NCBI GenBank assembly: GCA_049968255.1
Contig: JBMFRB010000007.1
Coordinates: 64,001 to 128,000 of the forward strand
Direction: 5' to 3'
Source of the DNA: Candidatus Sumerlaeaceae bacterium
GTDB lineage: Bacteria > Sumerlaeota > Sumerlaeia > Sumerlaeales > Sumerlaeaceae
Length of the DNA: 64,000 nt
How positions within the stretch are numbered: position 1 is the stretch's first letter; every line of letters starts with the position of its first letter. A program made the position numbers and the translations under genes. Positions 7,481-17,808 of the stretch are shown piece after piece. The notes below the pieces were generated by a model. That model was not told the DNA's origin. It ran no database searches and saw only the letters and a program-made list of their open reading frames with translations.

Positions 7481-10056
7481 CCTCGGCTTGATTGGGATAC
7501 CTGTTTCGAAGTGCGACGGTAAAGGACGTTCTTGTCGGGCGGAATATTGCGATAGTCGAGCCCGTCGCGCCAACTGCTGCCGGAGGCATCCGAGCGGAAG
7601 GTCTCGCGGAAGTAGCCAAGGCCGATGAGCTCGTCCATGCCGAGCCACGAGTTAGCGCGGTGCTTGTCCTCATTTGGGACGTAGAGGTAGTACTTTATCC
7701 CTAGCGAATCGAGGACGCGCATGCGCTCTTCGGGTGGTTTGTGGTAGGCACGCTGAACTAACCAATCGTCGAGATGGACAATTCGAATTTGGGGTTCAAT
7801 GAGCAGGTGACGGTTCTCATGCGTAAGCACGAGTGTGCCGGGGGCGAGGGAGTTGATCTGGCGCAGCATGAGCATGTCGCCGTCGAATTCCATGCGGTAG
7901 AAAAGATCGCGATCTATGAAGAGATTTCGCAGGGCTGTGAGTCCGACCTGAGAATAAGTCTGCGTGCCGAGTGTGCCGCTGGATTTCAGCTTGAATCCCA
8001 TGGCGGCCATGAGAACGCCAGGGGCAAGGCCGATGATGATAGAGGCGAGATAAAGCTGGCGGCGCGTGCCCATGGTGGGGCAAAGCTCGAAAACTCGGGC
8101 GGCAAAAATGGCAAACAGCGGAAGGACGATGATAATTTGATAAAGGTACATGTCCGCGACGCAGTAGGCGTAAAACCAGAGGAGGACAAAGAGCAGGGCG
8201 GCAACGAAGGAGAATTTCGTCCAGTCGTCAAGCAAGATGTGTAAGTCTTCTTCGTCGTCTGCCTCAGAGCTGCTCCTCCCTTTGCGAAAGGCGCGGAAAG
8301 CCGTCTGCCCAGCAAAAATCATAAAGCCAGGGACGCATAAGGCCATGAAAACTGGGCCCAGACGCCAGTGAAGTGGTCCGCTCACAAAATAATACCAAGA
8401 GTTTGCGATTTTTTCCGTCAAGGTACTGCCGACCCGGCCCAGACCGTCGCCGTTGAGCCGCCATTCGACTTCGGCGGATTTCATGACTGCTGGGTTTACG
8501 TTTTTGCTAGGGAAAACATTGTAGAAGAACGCGTAAACGGGATTGCCGGTCAGCACGATGTTGCGGACATACCAAGGTGAGGCCACAAGCACAGCGACAG
8601 CTAGCACGACGAGAAAACGAGGGGAACGAACCAGCTTCGAAAATCGTAGGCGTTCGGCAGCATTTAGCTCCTCCCATGCTCGCTGGTCGTAGGGGGTAAG
8701 GTCTATTTCGCCCGTGGCGCTCCAGTCATCTTCCCAGTCGTCGTCGACGGACAGGCGCGGACGGGGCGGAGTGAGGCTGTTGACGGCACGCTCGCAAGAT
8801 CCGCCGCGGGTGTGAGCGAGAAATGTGGCTAAACATGCGACTGGCCACAGAACCCACATGAGATAATTGATGTGGACTGCAAAAGCCGGAATAAGCCACG
8901 TGAGTGCAAGTCCAGAAAGTGAGCCACTGACAATGAGTTTGGCCGCCGCGTAAAGAAAAGCCGCCGTGAACAGGATCGCCACAGCATAGTCGCTGGCGTA
9001 CTGAAAGTAAGCGATCCCGTACGGGATAGCACGAAAGAGCAGTGCGCATGAAGCCGCGAGAAGACGATCGCGCGTGAATTCCAGCACAGTCGCGTAAACG
9101 AGAACGACGGTGGCAATGCCTGCGACAGCGGGAAGCACCTGTGCGTAAGTGTCCTGCCACCCCCCCATGAGCGTGGCGGTTTGCGCAGTAAGAAGTGGAT
9201 ACAAGTGAGGATAGTTTGAACCGAGGCCGATGCCCACCTGACCGCAGATCTTCACAGGAAAGCTGTGTTGCAAAAATATCATGCGCGCGTAGCCAATGTA
9301 GAGGATGAGGGAGTCCCAGTACGTCTCGGGCAACGCAATAGCGTGGCAGAAGATCAGAAAAGAAGTGACTCCGATGAGAAACCAAATTGCGAGCTGATAG
9401 AGCGCCTCAGTTTGGTTCGCAGACGAAATGGTGTTGCGTTTGAAATACGCCAGAGCGTTACCGCGACGCCGATCACGCACAAACTGGCCATCTTCGTGAG
9501 GATAAATGGGATCCGGACGCGCGCGACGCCATTGGCGCACTCCCCACGCAACCGCAAACAGTGCTATCCACACGCCGATGACGACGGGCTGATAAAGCCA
9601 GCCCGCTAGCGTGACAAGCTCGAAGGTTACGCCGACGATGCCGCAGCCAATCACCAACGCCACGGCTGCCCGAGGCAGGGCGGCCATGCAGTCTTCGAAC
9701 CAGTCAAGGACGAGCCAACCAAGAAAAACGTAAAAGACGATCATGACAAAAGAAGCAAGGAGCGCAAGCCAGGGCACGTTCTCCCACCAAATGCGATAAG
9801 GTCCCGTGAAAAGGGAACGAATGATAAAAGGATAACTACCCGGCTGATCAGGATCGCCGATGAGGAATTGTGGAATGTAATTTGCCAAAGATGGCCAGTA
9901 GGCGATGAGCCCCTGGAATCGCACAAGCCCTTCGCGTGCCAGAAAATAGAGAATAAGAAGCCACATCCATGCGAGGACGATTGCGCGCAAGGTTCTGGTA
10001 AAAGCGTCTTCGCCCGATAAAGTCTTCGAATGATCAGGGGATTGCTCGGTTGTCAT
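7477..10056 (-). CDS. Polytopic membrane glycosyltransferase, GT-C (GT39/ArnT/PMT-like)
   Basis: 859 aa with many TM segments; WDSLILY loop, NYPHLYP, PWYVRNIVLTGNPVY motifs. Confidence 0.75.
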   Translation of the reverse strand: MTTEQSPDHSKTLSGEDAFTRTLRAIVLAWMWLLILYFLAREGLVRFQGLIAYWPSLANYIPQFLIGDPDQPGSYPFIIRSLFTGPYRIWWENVPWLALLASFVMIVFYVFLGWLVLDWFEDCMAALPRAAVALVIGCGIVGVTFELVTLAGWLYQPVVIGVWIALFAVAWGVRQWRRARPDPIYPHEDGQFVRDRRRGNALAYFKRNTISSANQTEALYQLAIWFLIGVTSFLIFCHAIALPETYWDSLILYIGYARMIFLQHSFPVKICGQVGIGLGSNYPHLYPLLTAQTATLMGGWQDTYAQVLPAVAGIATVVLVYATVLEFTRDRLLAASCALLFRAIPYGIAYFQYASDYAVAILFTAAFLYAAAKLIVSGSLSGLALTWLIPAFAVHINYLMWVLWPVACLATFLAHTRGGSCERAVNSLTPPRPRLSVDDDWEDDWSATGEIDLTPYDQRAWEELNAAERLRFSKLVRSPRFLVVLAVAVLVASPWYVRNIVLTGNPVYAFFYNVFPSKNVNPAVMKSAEVEWRLNGDGLGRVGSTLTEKIANSWYYFVSGPLHWRLGPVFMALCVPGFMIFAGQTAFRAFRKGRSSSEADDEEDLHILLDDWTKFSFVAALLFVLLWFYAYCVADMYLYQIIIVLPLFAIFAARVFELCPTMGTRRQLYLASIIIGLAPGVLMAAMGFKLKSSGTLGTQTYSQVGLTALRNLFIDRDLFYRMEFDGDMLMLRQINSLAPGTLVLTHENRHLLIEPQIRIVHLDDWLVQRAYHKPPEERMRVLDSLGIKYYLYVPNEDKHRANSWLGMDELIGLGYFRETFRSDASGSSWRDGLDYRNIPPDKNVLYRRTSKQVSQSSRG

Positions 10057-10189
10057 CAGCTCGTTTCTTGGCGAAAACTATTGCGCTCTTCTATCGAAAA
10101 ATTGCCCGATAAAATGATTGCAGAAACGAGGTCCGCTGCCACTTTTTCTGAGCAGGAACAATGGTAACGGAAAGCAAGAGGGAGTCTGT

Positions 10190-10522
10190 ATGCGACGTAC
10201 GCGTGCCGACAGAGTTCTTTTTCTGAGCGGTCTTTTAAAAATCCTCGGATACGTACTATTTGGCTTGGGAGTTTTCTCGGGGCTCTTTGCGGTCGGGCGG
10301 ACTTTTGTGTCTTGCTTCGGCATGCATTGTTCTTTTTTCTCCCTCGTTCAGGCGCTGGCCGTAGCGCTTATAAAACCGTGCTTTGCGATTGCTGTGGGCT
10401 TTTGCCATTTGGGTTTATCTTCAGCTCTCGTGTTGCTCGTTGATATAAGCGAGAACACGTGGCGAGCTGCGGACGCGCTAGAAGGCAAACCCACTGTTCC
10501 GACGCCTCGCAGAGACGAATAG
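10190..10522 (+). CDS. Small membrane hypothetical protein
   Basis: SD GAGGGAG before ATG; two to three hydrophobic segments; LLVDISENT motif. Confidence 0.65.
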   Translation: MRRTRADRVLFLSGLLKILGYVLFGLGVFSGLFAVGRTFVSCFGMHCSFFSLVQALAVALIKPCFAIAVGFCHLGLSSALVLLVDISENTWRAADALEGKPTVPTPRRDE

Positions 10523-10558
10523 CGAGAGGATATTATTTGCGCGAAGGGAAACACACCA

Positions 10559-11527
10559 TTGGCTTACATTCTTGTTACTGGTGGAGCCGGTTTTATCGGA
10601 TCGCATTTAGTGGAAGCGCTGTTATCACGCGGTCATTTGGTGACAGCCATTGATGACCTCTCGACCGGTACGATTTGGAATCTGGACGTAGCGCGAAAGT
10701 CGGCGCGCTTCAGCTATTATATCGATTCCATCATGAACGAGCGACTGATGGCGGAGCTCGTCGACCGTGCGGACATGGTCTATCACCTGGCTGCAGCGGT
10801 GGGAGTTCGGCTCATTGTCGAACGGCCTGTCCACACGATTGAGACGAACATCCGCGGAACCGAGATTGTTCTCGAGCTGGCCGCGCGAAAGAAAAAGAAA
10901 GTGCTTCTGACCTCCACGAGTGAGGTCTACGGAAAGAGTACGAAGGTGCCGTTCAGCGAGCATGATGATTTGCTGCTGGGGTCAACGACACGGCCACGCT
11001 GGGCCTACGCTTGCAGCAAGGCAATCGACGAGTTTCTCGGCTTGGCCTATCACAAACAATTCGGGCTCCCGGTAGTGATTGTCCGGCTTTTCAATACAGT
11101 AGGGCCGCGCCAAACAGGACAATATGGCATGGTCGTGCCGCGCTTCGTTGAACAAGCGCTACGCGGGCTTCCCCTCACCGTCTACGGCGACGGGACACAA
11201 ACACGTGCGTTCGCCTACGTGGGTGATGTCGTGGAAGCGATGATCGAGCTCATGGAAACACCGGCGGCAGCCGGGCAAGTTTTCAACGTCGGCAACGATC
11301 GCGAGATTTCCATACGAGAGCTGGCTCGGCTGGTTATCGAACGGACCGGCAGTTCAAGCACAATCGATTTCATTCCATTCGAAAAGGCATACGATGAAAA
11401 TTTCGAGGACCTGCAAAGACGCGTCCCAGACCTCACAAAAGTTCGTGCGCTGATCGGCTATGCGCCGAAGGTGAGCATCGAAGAGATTCTAGACAAAGTC
11501 GCGGATTATATGAGGGAGCGTCTTTGA
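10559..11527 (+). CDS. NAD-dependent nucleotide-sugar epimerase/dehydratase (extended SDR)
   Basis: GGAGFIGSH, STSEVYG, YACSK (YxxxK), RLFNTVGPRQ. Confidence 0.93.
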   Translation: MAYILVTGGAGFIGSHLVEALLSRGHLVTAIDDLSTGTIWNLDVARKSARFSYYIDSIMNERLMAELVDRADMVYHLAAAVGVRLIVERPVHTIETNIRGTEIVLELAARKKKKVLLTSTSEVYGKSTKVPFSEHDDLLLGSTTRPRWAYACSKAIDEFLGLAYHKQFGLPVVIVRLFNTVGPRQTGQYGMVVPRFVEQALRGLPLTVYGDGTQTRAFAYVGDVVEAMIELMETPAAAGQVFNVGNDREISIRELARLVIERTGSSSTIDFIPFEKAYDENFEDLQRRVPDLTKVRALIGYAPKVSIEEILDKVADYMRERL

Positions 11528-13053
11528 TGAACCGGCCAAAAACGAAACCGACCCCACAAGTGTGGGGCGAGCGGATGAGTGAGTCACCCGATGTGGCTGC
11601 GGTGCAGTATTGCGCGGGAAGGGACGTGGCGCCGCGGCCTATGGCGGACGCCGTGTTGGTCCCCTATGATTTGTGGCAAAACCGGTCGCACGTTGCCATG
11701 CTCGCTCGCCAGGGAATCATCGCGCATGAGGAGGCAGCACGCATCTTCCAAGCGCTGGATGATTTCGAAAAACGTTGGACCGCCGGCAAGCTCGCGCTGG
11801 ATCCACAAAAAGAAGACGTCCACATCAACATCGAACATTTTGTGGCCGCCACCGTGGGAGCGCAAGTTGCCGGAAAAATGCACACGGCGCGAAGCAGAAA
11901 CGACCAGTCTGCTACGGTGGTGCGAATGTACATTCGCGAGCAGCTTTTGTCGTTTGGCGAGCAAATTCTCGCAGCCGTAGAAGCTATTCTCGCCCAGGCG
12001 CGACGCCATGTGCGGACATTGGTGGCGGGGCTTACGCATTACCAACCAGCAAGCATCACAACGATAGGTCATTGGTTCGCCTCTTACGCCGAGGCGCTCC
12101 TGCGTGACGCTGCACGGGTGGTGAAAAGCTTTGATACTATAAATATCTCGCCCCTCGGCGCTGCAGCGGCATTCGGGACGTCATGGCCGATCGACAGGAC
12201 ATTCACGGCTGACCTGCTCGGTTTCGATGCGGTGCAGGAAAACTCACTGGATTGCATCACAAACCGCTGGGAGATGGAGGCGGAGGCTGCGACGTGTGTA
12301 GCCTTTGGGATGACGCATCTGAGCATCGTCGCCCAGGATCTGATTTTGCTCAGTCAGCCGCATTTTGGAATCGTGCGATTGGCGGACCGGCACACGACGG
12401 GATCGTCTATCATGCCGCAGAAACGCAATCCGGATTTTGCGGAGGTCACCCGCGCCAAAGCCGTGTTGGTGCAGCAACTGCTGGCCACACTGTTGGGCAT
12501 CGCCCGCGGTCTGGTGTCGGGCTACAACCGCGACACGCAATGGACGAAGTACGTCATCATGGACATTTTTGAAGAGGCATCGCCAGCGCCAGCGATTTTC
12601 CGCTCGGTCTTTGCAGCGCTGTCTGTTGATAAAGAACGGGCGTTGGCGACGGCCTCGAGCCATTTTGTGGATGCCGTAGATTTTGCCGATTCACTTGCAC
12701 GCGATGTTGGCCTTCCATTCCGCACAGCCTACAAGATTGTTTCGCGCGCTGTGCGCCAGTGTGAGATCCTCGGCCACCTCGAGACAGAAACAGTAAAACG
12801 GCTTGCAGCAGAAGAGAGTTCCGAGTCGCAGAACGTGGCGTTCCACTTGTCGCCACGGGAAATTGTTGAGCGAAAGAAACACCTGGGAGCCCCGGCACCC
12901 GAAGCTGTTCTTACCAACATCGAAAAGATGCAGGAAAAGCGAAAGCTCCTTTTGAAGGAGCTAGGCGATCGGCGACGGAAATTGAATCGTGCAAGACAGC
13001 AACTTGCGAAAATGATCGAGCGCGTGATCAGGAATGCTTCTCCACGGAGCTAG
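11527..13053 (+). CDS. argH: Argininosuccinate lyase
   Basis: EDVHINIE, HTARSRNDQ, GSSIMPQKRNPD, GYNRD motifs. Confidence 0.93.
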   Translation: MNRPKTKPTPQVWGERMSESPDVAAVQYCAGRDVAPRPMADAVLVPYDLWQNRSHVAMLARQGIIAHEEAARIFQALDDFEKRWTAGKLALDPQKEDVHINIEHFVAATVGAQVAGKMHTARSRNDQSATVVRMYIREQLLSFGEQILAAVEAILAQARRHVRTLVAGLTHYQPASITTIGHWFASYAEALLRDAARVVKSFDTINISPLGAAAAFGTSWPIDRTFTADLLGFDAVQENSLDCITNRWEMEAEAATCVAFGMTHLSIVAQDLILLSQPHFGIVRLADRHTTGSSIMPQKRNPDFAEVTRAKAVLVQQLLATLLGIARGLVSGYNRDTQWTKYVIMDIFEEASPAPAIFRSVFAALSVDKERALATASSHFVDAVDFADSLARDVGLPFRTAYKIVSRAVRQCEILGHLETETVKRLAAEESSESQNVAFHLSPREIVERKKHLGAPAPEAVLTNIEKMQEKRKLLLKELGDRRRKLNRARQQLAKMIERVIRNASPRS

Positions 13054-13089
13054 TGTGATAGCAAGATAATAACGTGCTTAGCTAATATG

Positions 13090-15615
13090 CTAAGGAGCTC
13101 TTTCTTTCTGCCCTTGCACAGCTGCGCCCAGCCACAGGAGAGCTGCTTGCTTTGCGCCTTTTCCCACCTCAAGGTTTGGTCCGACGCAGGATGGACAGCC
13201 CTCAGTGCACTGACAGCCTTCGACGATTTCGAGAGCCGCACGGAAGATGGTCGTGTAGACTTCGAACACCTTGCGCGCCAGACCAATACCGCCGGGATAC
13301 TTGTCGTAAACGAAGAGAGTCGGGGCGGATGTGTGAGGATCGCGGAGATTCGCTACGACGCCGACGTCGCGAGGGTCGCACAAGACATAGAGCGGCACAA
13401 CATTCGTCAAAACATTAGCAACGCCTTGAAGCCCTGCGCCGGCGTCGAGGAATTCTTCTTCGAACCGAGCCAAGACAGAAGAATCGAAGCAAAACCAGGC
13501 GGACTCCGTCTGCATTTCGAGCGGTGGGATGCTAACTTCGCCGTAACCGATGTTCTCGTGAGTCTCGAACCGCAATTTTTTATATTTGGCGATTATCGTG
13601 ATAACAGCAACGTTACCGTAAGAACGCGTCACTAGCGCCGTTGCAGTGGGAATGATTGCGCTGTCCCTCGCGTTGGGGAGTGATTGCGGCTCCAGAGATT
13701 TCCACGCGCGCTCGGCAGAATTGTCCACTATGTCGCGCGAAGCGGGGACAGGTTCGTCCGGTCGCGGTATGACGGGGTACTCCAGCGATTGCGCTGCTAG
13801 CTTGGTTGAGCGAGGCACGGCGGTTTCGATCGAGGCGTCGGCAAAGGCACCGCTTGGAATGTTCTCATGCAGATCTTCATAAAGAACACGGATTTCTGTC
13901 TTGGCTAGGGCCTCTGTGTAGTACTCGCTCTTGTGGGGACGCGCAAAAGCAGTGCGGCGATCCCAGTCGAGATGGTCTATGTAGTAGACCTCGCCCAAAT
14001 GCATATAAATCGCCTCCGTGTGGATGAGAAAAGGAGCAGAGTCGTAATCAATTTCGGCAATGACACGGTTTTTGTCGGTCACGTCCACCACAACAAAATT
14101 TTCTGCACTTGCACTGCGAAGGGAGATGTTTTCGCTCGGGTAAATATCAGCCGACCAAAACCATTTGTCGCCCACGTGGCGCAGAAGGTGATCAGCTTCG
14201 AGAAATTCAAGATAGGAAGTCGGATCAACTCCGCCGAATCGCTCGCCATCGACGAAGGGCAACTCGAATGCGGCGCATTTCACATGCGCTGACAGAATTG
14301 CTGGGTTGTCCGGGTTCACAATCGCCATTTCTGGCGGCTTGCCAAAGAAGTAATGGGGATGAGTGATGACGTATTGATCAATGGGGAGCGAGCTTGCCAC
14401 AAGGATTGCTGCCGCAGCTTCGGCTTTTCGACCTGCTCGACCCGTTTGTTGCCAAGTGCTAGAAACCGATCCCGGATAGCCGGCGAGAATGGCTACACGG
14501 AGCTGACCAATGTCGATGCCGAGTTCTAGTGCATTTGTGCTGACAATTCCGAGAATTTTGCCCGACTTAACGCCCCGTTCAATAAGGCGGCGTTCGTTTG
14601 GCAAGTAGCCGCCGCGGTAGCCCGCAATACGATCGGGGCTCTGACGCATGCGAGGCATTGCTTTGCGCAGATAATTGACGAGCAGTTCCACTCGCATGCG
14701 ACTTCGCGCGAAAATAATCGTCTGAAGGTTTTCAGCCAAAAAACGCGTGGCGAGACGGCGAGCCTCGTTCACGACATTGCGGCGGATCCCAAGCTCTTTA
14801 TTCACCACTGGTGGATTGTAGAAGAGAAAGTACTTTTCGCCACGGGGGGCACCGCTTTTGTCCACGAGCTGAAATTCCACTTCACACAATTTTTCTGCGA
14901 TCTCGAGGGGATTAGCGATGGTGGCCGAGCAGCAGATAAATTGCGGATGTGAGCCGTAGAACTCGCATATGCGCCGAAGCCGACGCAGCACGTTGGCGAC
15001 ATGCGAGCCGAACACGCCGCGATAGTGGTGGATCTCGTCAATGACAACAAATTTTAGATGCTCAAAGACACGACTCCAGCTTGTGTGATTTGGAAGGATG
15101 CCGGTGTGGAGCATATCGGGATTCGAAAGAATTACGTTGCCAGCAGTCCGAATTGCTCGACGTGCCGAGGTTGGCGTGTCGCCGTCGAAGGTGAAAAGTT
15201 TGACTGGGCGTTCAGAGGCAGCCGCTAGTTCTTCGAGTTCGATGTATTGATCCTGCGCTAGCGCTTTGGTAGGATAGAGATAAAGAGCGCAGCACTTGGG
15301 ATCTTCAAAAATGCGTTGAAGCACTGGCAAGTTGAAGCAAAGTGTTTTGCCAGAGGCAGTTGGTGTGACAACGACAACATTTTTGCCGCTGAGCGCAGCC
15401 TGAATTGCCTCGGCCTGGTGCGAGTAAAGGCGTTCGATGCCTCGTGCACGCAGTGCTTTCACGAGCCGCAGATCAAGTTCTGCGGGAAAATCGGCATATT
15501 GTGCCGGACGGGCAGGAATGTGCTCCAGGTGCGTGAAGTTTCGCGCGATGTGCGGAATTGCCAGAAGCTTTTCGAGCACAAGGTGCAGATCCGGCTGACG
15601 TGGTGAAGAAGGCAT
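13090..15615 (-). CDS. SF2 DEAD/DEAH helicase with C-terminal DUF1998 Zn domain (MrfA/YprA/SftH/Hrq1-like)
   Basis: LYSHQ Q-motif, TPTASGKT, DEIH, SAT, LELGIDIG, QTGRAGR; C-terminal CQCTEGCPSC. Confidence 0.93.
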   Translation of the reverse strand: MPSSPRQPDLHLVLEKLLAIPHIARNFTHLEHIPARPAQYADFPAELDLRLVKALRARGIERLYSHQAEAIQAALSGKNVVVVTPTASGKTLCFNLPVLQRIFEDPKCCALYLYPTKALAQDQYIELEELAAASERPVKLFTFDGDTPTSARRAIRTAGNVILSNPDMLHTGILPNHTSWSRVFEHLKFVVIDEIHHYRGVFGSHVANVLRRLRRICEFYGSHPQFICCSATIANPLEIAEKLCEVEFQLVDKSGAPRGEKYFLFYNPPVVNKELGIRRNVVNEARRLATRFLAENLQTIIFARSRMRVELLVNYLRKAMPRMRQSPDRIAGYRGGYLPNERRLIERGVKSGKILGIVSTNALELGIDIGQLRVAILAGYPGSVSSTWQQTGRAGRKAEAAAAILVASSLPIDQYVITHPHYFFGKPPEMAIVNPDNPAILSAHVKCAAFELPFVDGERFGGVDPTSYLEFLEADHLLRHVGDKWFWSADIYPSENISLRSASAENFVVVDVTDKNRVIAEIDYDSAPFLIHTEAIYMHLGEVYYIDHLDWDRRTAFARPHKSEYYTEALAKTEIRVLYEDLHENIPSGAFADASIETAVPRSTKLAAQSLEYPVIPRPDEPVPASRDIVDNSAERAWKSLEPQSLPNARDSAIIPTATALVTRSYGNVAVITIIAKYKKLRFETHENIGYGEVSIPPLEMQTESAWFCFDSSVLARFEEEFLDAGAGLQGVANVLTNVVPLYVLCDPRDVGVVANLRDPHTSAPTLFVYDKYPGGIGLARKVFEVYTTIFRAALEIVEGCQCTEGCPSCVGPNLEVGKGAKQAALLWLGAAVQGQKERAP

Positions 15616-15712
15616 CGCTTACACCTTTGTTAGATTCGAGCTGCAAAAAACTTTCGCTAACTCTCAATCTAGGTGCACCGAATTTTGGCTCAATGGTAAA
15701 TTAGGGGCACAA

Positions 15713-16675
15713 ATGCAGAACGAACACGAGAACGAGTACAAACGGGAGCGCAGACCGAGCCTGCGCCACTGGCTTGAATATGCCGGGTGGAAGTTGGCAG
15801 CGTGTGTGCTTCCCCGCCTTCCGCGGCGCGTCGTTGTAAAGATTGCGGATGTGCTGGGATGGGTGATGTACCGCGTGCTGCGGGTGCGCCGGAGGGTGGT
15901 GGAGGAGAACCTCGAGCGGGCGTTCGGTACGGGCAAAACTCGCGCCGAGCTCGACGCCATTGCTCTGAGAACTTACCAGAACGCTGTTTTATCATTTTGT
16001 GAATTTATTAACCCTTACTATTCAGGGCAAGGAGCTCTTGCTGTCTTTCGAGAAATTCGAGGAATGGAGCACGCCGAGCCTTTTAGATCACGGCCAGCAG
16101 TTTTTCTCACGGGGCATATCGGAAACTGGGAACTACAAGGAGCAGCGGTCGCGGCACTTGGTTTTCAGATGGATGCTGTGCTCAAGCCGCTCCACAATCC
16201 ATTAATTGACCGAGAGGTTGCGCGGCGCCGTCTTCAGCGAGGTTTTGGACTCATTCCGACAACAGGTCCACTGAAGGCGATTGTCAGCTCCATCCGCACG
16301 GGACGACATCCTGTGTTCCTCGCTGATCAGGATGCGCGACGGTCTGGTATGTTTGTGGATTTTTTTGGTCATCCTGCCTCGACAGCGACAGGACCGGCTT
16401 ACTTCGCGCTCAAGCTAAAAGTGCCAATCATAGTCGGTTTCTCGACACGCAACCGCGATCGTCAGCGGACCCTGACGCTACATATCTTCCCGCCTATTGA
16501 GCCAGATGCCGACGCGCCATTTCAGGAGGAGCTTCTGCGACTCACGCAAGAGCATGTGAACATGCTTGAGGGGCTGGTTCGTGACTATCCCGACAGCTAT
16601 TTCTGGCTGCACCGCCGGTGGAAAACGCGTCCGAGAAGAGGCGAGTGGCTGGCAGCAACGAAAGGAAGTGAATAG
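15713..16675 (+). CDS. Lipid A biosynthesis lauroyl/lysophospholipid acyltransferase (LpxL/HtrB family)
   Basis: HIGNWE, LADQD, FFGHPA, YFWLHRRWKTRP motifs. Confidence 0.9.
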   Translation: MQNEHENEYKRERRPSLRHWLEYAGWKLAACVLPRLPRRVVVKIADVLGWVMYRVLRVRRRVVEENLERAFGTGKTRAELDAIALRTYQNAVLSFCEFINPYYSGQGALAVFREIRGMEHAEPFRSRPAVFLTGHIGNWELQGAAVAALGFQMDAVLKPLHNPLIDREVARRRLQRGFGLIPTTGPLKAIVSSIRTGRHPVFLADQDARRSGMFVDFFGHPASTATGPAYFALKLKVPIIVGFSTRNRDRQRTLTLHIFPPIEPDADAPFQEELLRLTQEHVNMLEGLVRDYPDSYFWLHRRWKTRPRRGEWLAATKGSE

Positions 16676-16773
16676 GTCGCCACGGAAACATTCTTCGGTG
16701 AATTCGCATCTGCTTGAAGTCAAACGTTTTGGCATTGCATTCGCTAAGAATGGAGCAGGTATAGTCACAGGCG

Positions 16774-17808
16774 ATGGTTCGGGTAGAGAATCTGTCGAAA
16801 TATTTTGGCGACATCAAAGCCGTGGACGGCCTGAGCTTCGAGGTGCTTGAGGGTGAAATCCTTGGTTTCCTCGGTCCGAACGGGGCGGGCAAGACCACTG
16901 CGATGCGCATTTTGACGTGCTATTTTCCTCCAACATCGGGCCGGGTGACTGTGGGGGGATTTGATGTAGTGCGAGATTCAGACGAGGTCAGGCGCATTAT
17001 TGGCTACATGCCGGAGCACGTGCCTGTTTACCGTGACATGACGGTGCAAGACGCACTGGATTTTGTCGCCCACGCGAAAGGTTATCGGCGCACCGCGCGC
17101 AGGCGTTTTGTGGATGCGGTCGTGGAGGAGACAGGGTTAGGTGAGGTGCGCCACCGCTTGATCGGCCATCTTTCGAAAGGCTATCGCCAACGCGTTGGCC
17201 TGGCGCAAGCGCTGATTGGAGACCCCAAAGTGCTGATTCTCGACGAGCCGACTGTGGGACTAGACCCACGCCAAATCACGGAAGTGCGGCGGCTTATCAA
17301 GAGCATGGCCGGACGGCGAACTGTGATATTGAGCACGCACATTCTGCCAGAGGTACAAATGACGTGCTCGCGGGTTGTCATCATCAACCAGGGGAAAATT
17401 GCGGCCAGCGGAACGCCGCAAAAGCTGACGACTCAAATGCGAGTGGGTAGCCAGCTTGTGCTAAAGGCCGTAGCACCGCGCACTAAACTTCGCACGATGC
17501 TGGAAACACTTGCGCACGTGAAGAAGGTGAGCTTGCGCGAGCGGGGCGAGAACGAGGGTAACGGGGAAGGTTTTGATGAGAATCGTCTGTGCGAGTTTTT
17601 AGTAGAGACGTCCACACTGTCACCTGAGGTGAACTCGACAATTGCCGAGACTATCGTTCGACGCGGTTGGCAGCTCGTGGAACTTTATGAAGTTGGGATG
17701 ACACTCGAGGAGATTTTTCTGCGGGTTATTGCCAGCGATGCTGCGGAACTCGAGACGTCGACAACAGGCGAAGGCGAGAAAACACGCTCGACGGAGGGGC
17801 GCGCATGA
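16774..17808 (+). CDS. ABC transporter ATP-binding protein, GldA-like
   Basis: GPNGAGKTT, LSKGYRQRVG, LILDEPT, STHILPEV. Confidence 0.93.
   Translation: MVRVENLSKYFGDIKAVDGLSFEVLEGEILGFLGPNGAGKTTAMRILTCYFPPTSGRVTVGGFDVVRDSDEVRRIIGYMPEHVPVYRDMTVQDALDFVAHAKGYRRTARRRFVDAVVEETGLGEVRHRLIGHLSKGYRQRVGLAQALIGDPKVLILDEPTVGLDPRQITEVRRLIKSMAGRRTVILSTHILPEVQMTCSRVVIINQGKIAASGTPQKLTTQMRVGSQLVLKAVAPRTKLRTMLETLAHVKKVSLRERGENEGNGEGFDENRLCEFLVETSTLSPEVNSTIAETIVRRGWQLVELYEVGMTLEEIFLRVIASDAAELETSTTGEGEKTRSTEGRA

Noticed and set aside
13090-15615. DUF1998 helicase as part of a DISARM or Druantia defence system
   Set aside because: No methylase, DrmA/DrmC or other defence partner nearby; the architecture fits stand-alone MrfA/Hrq1.
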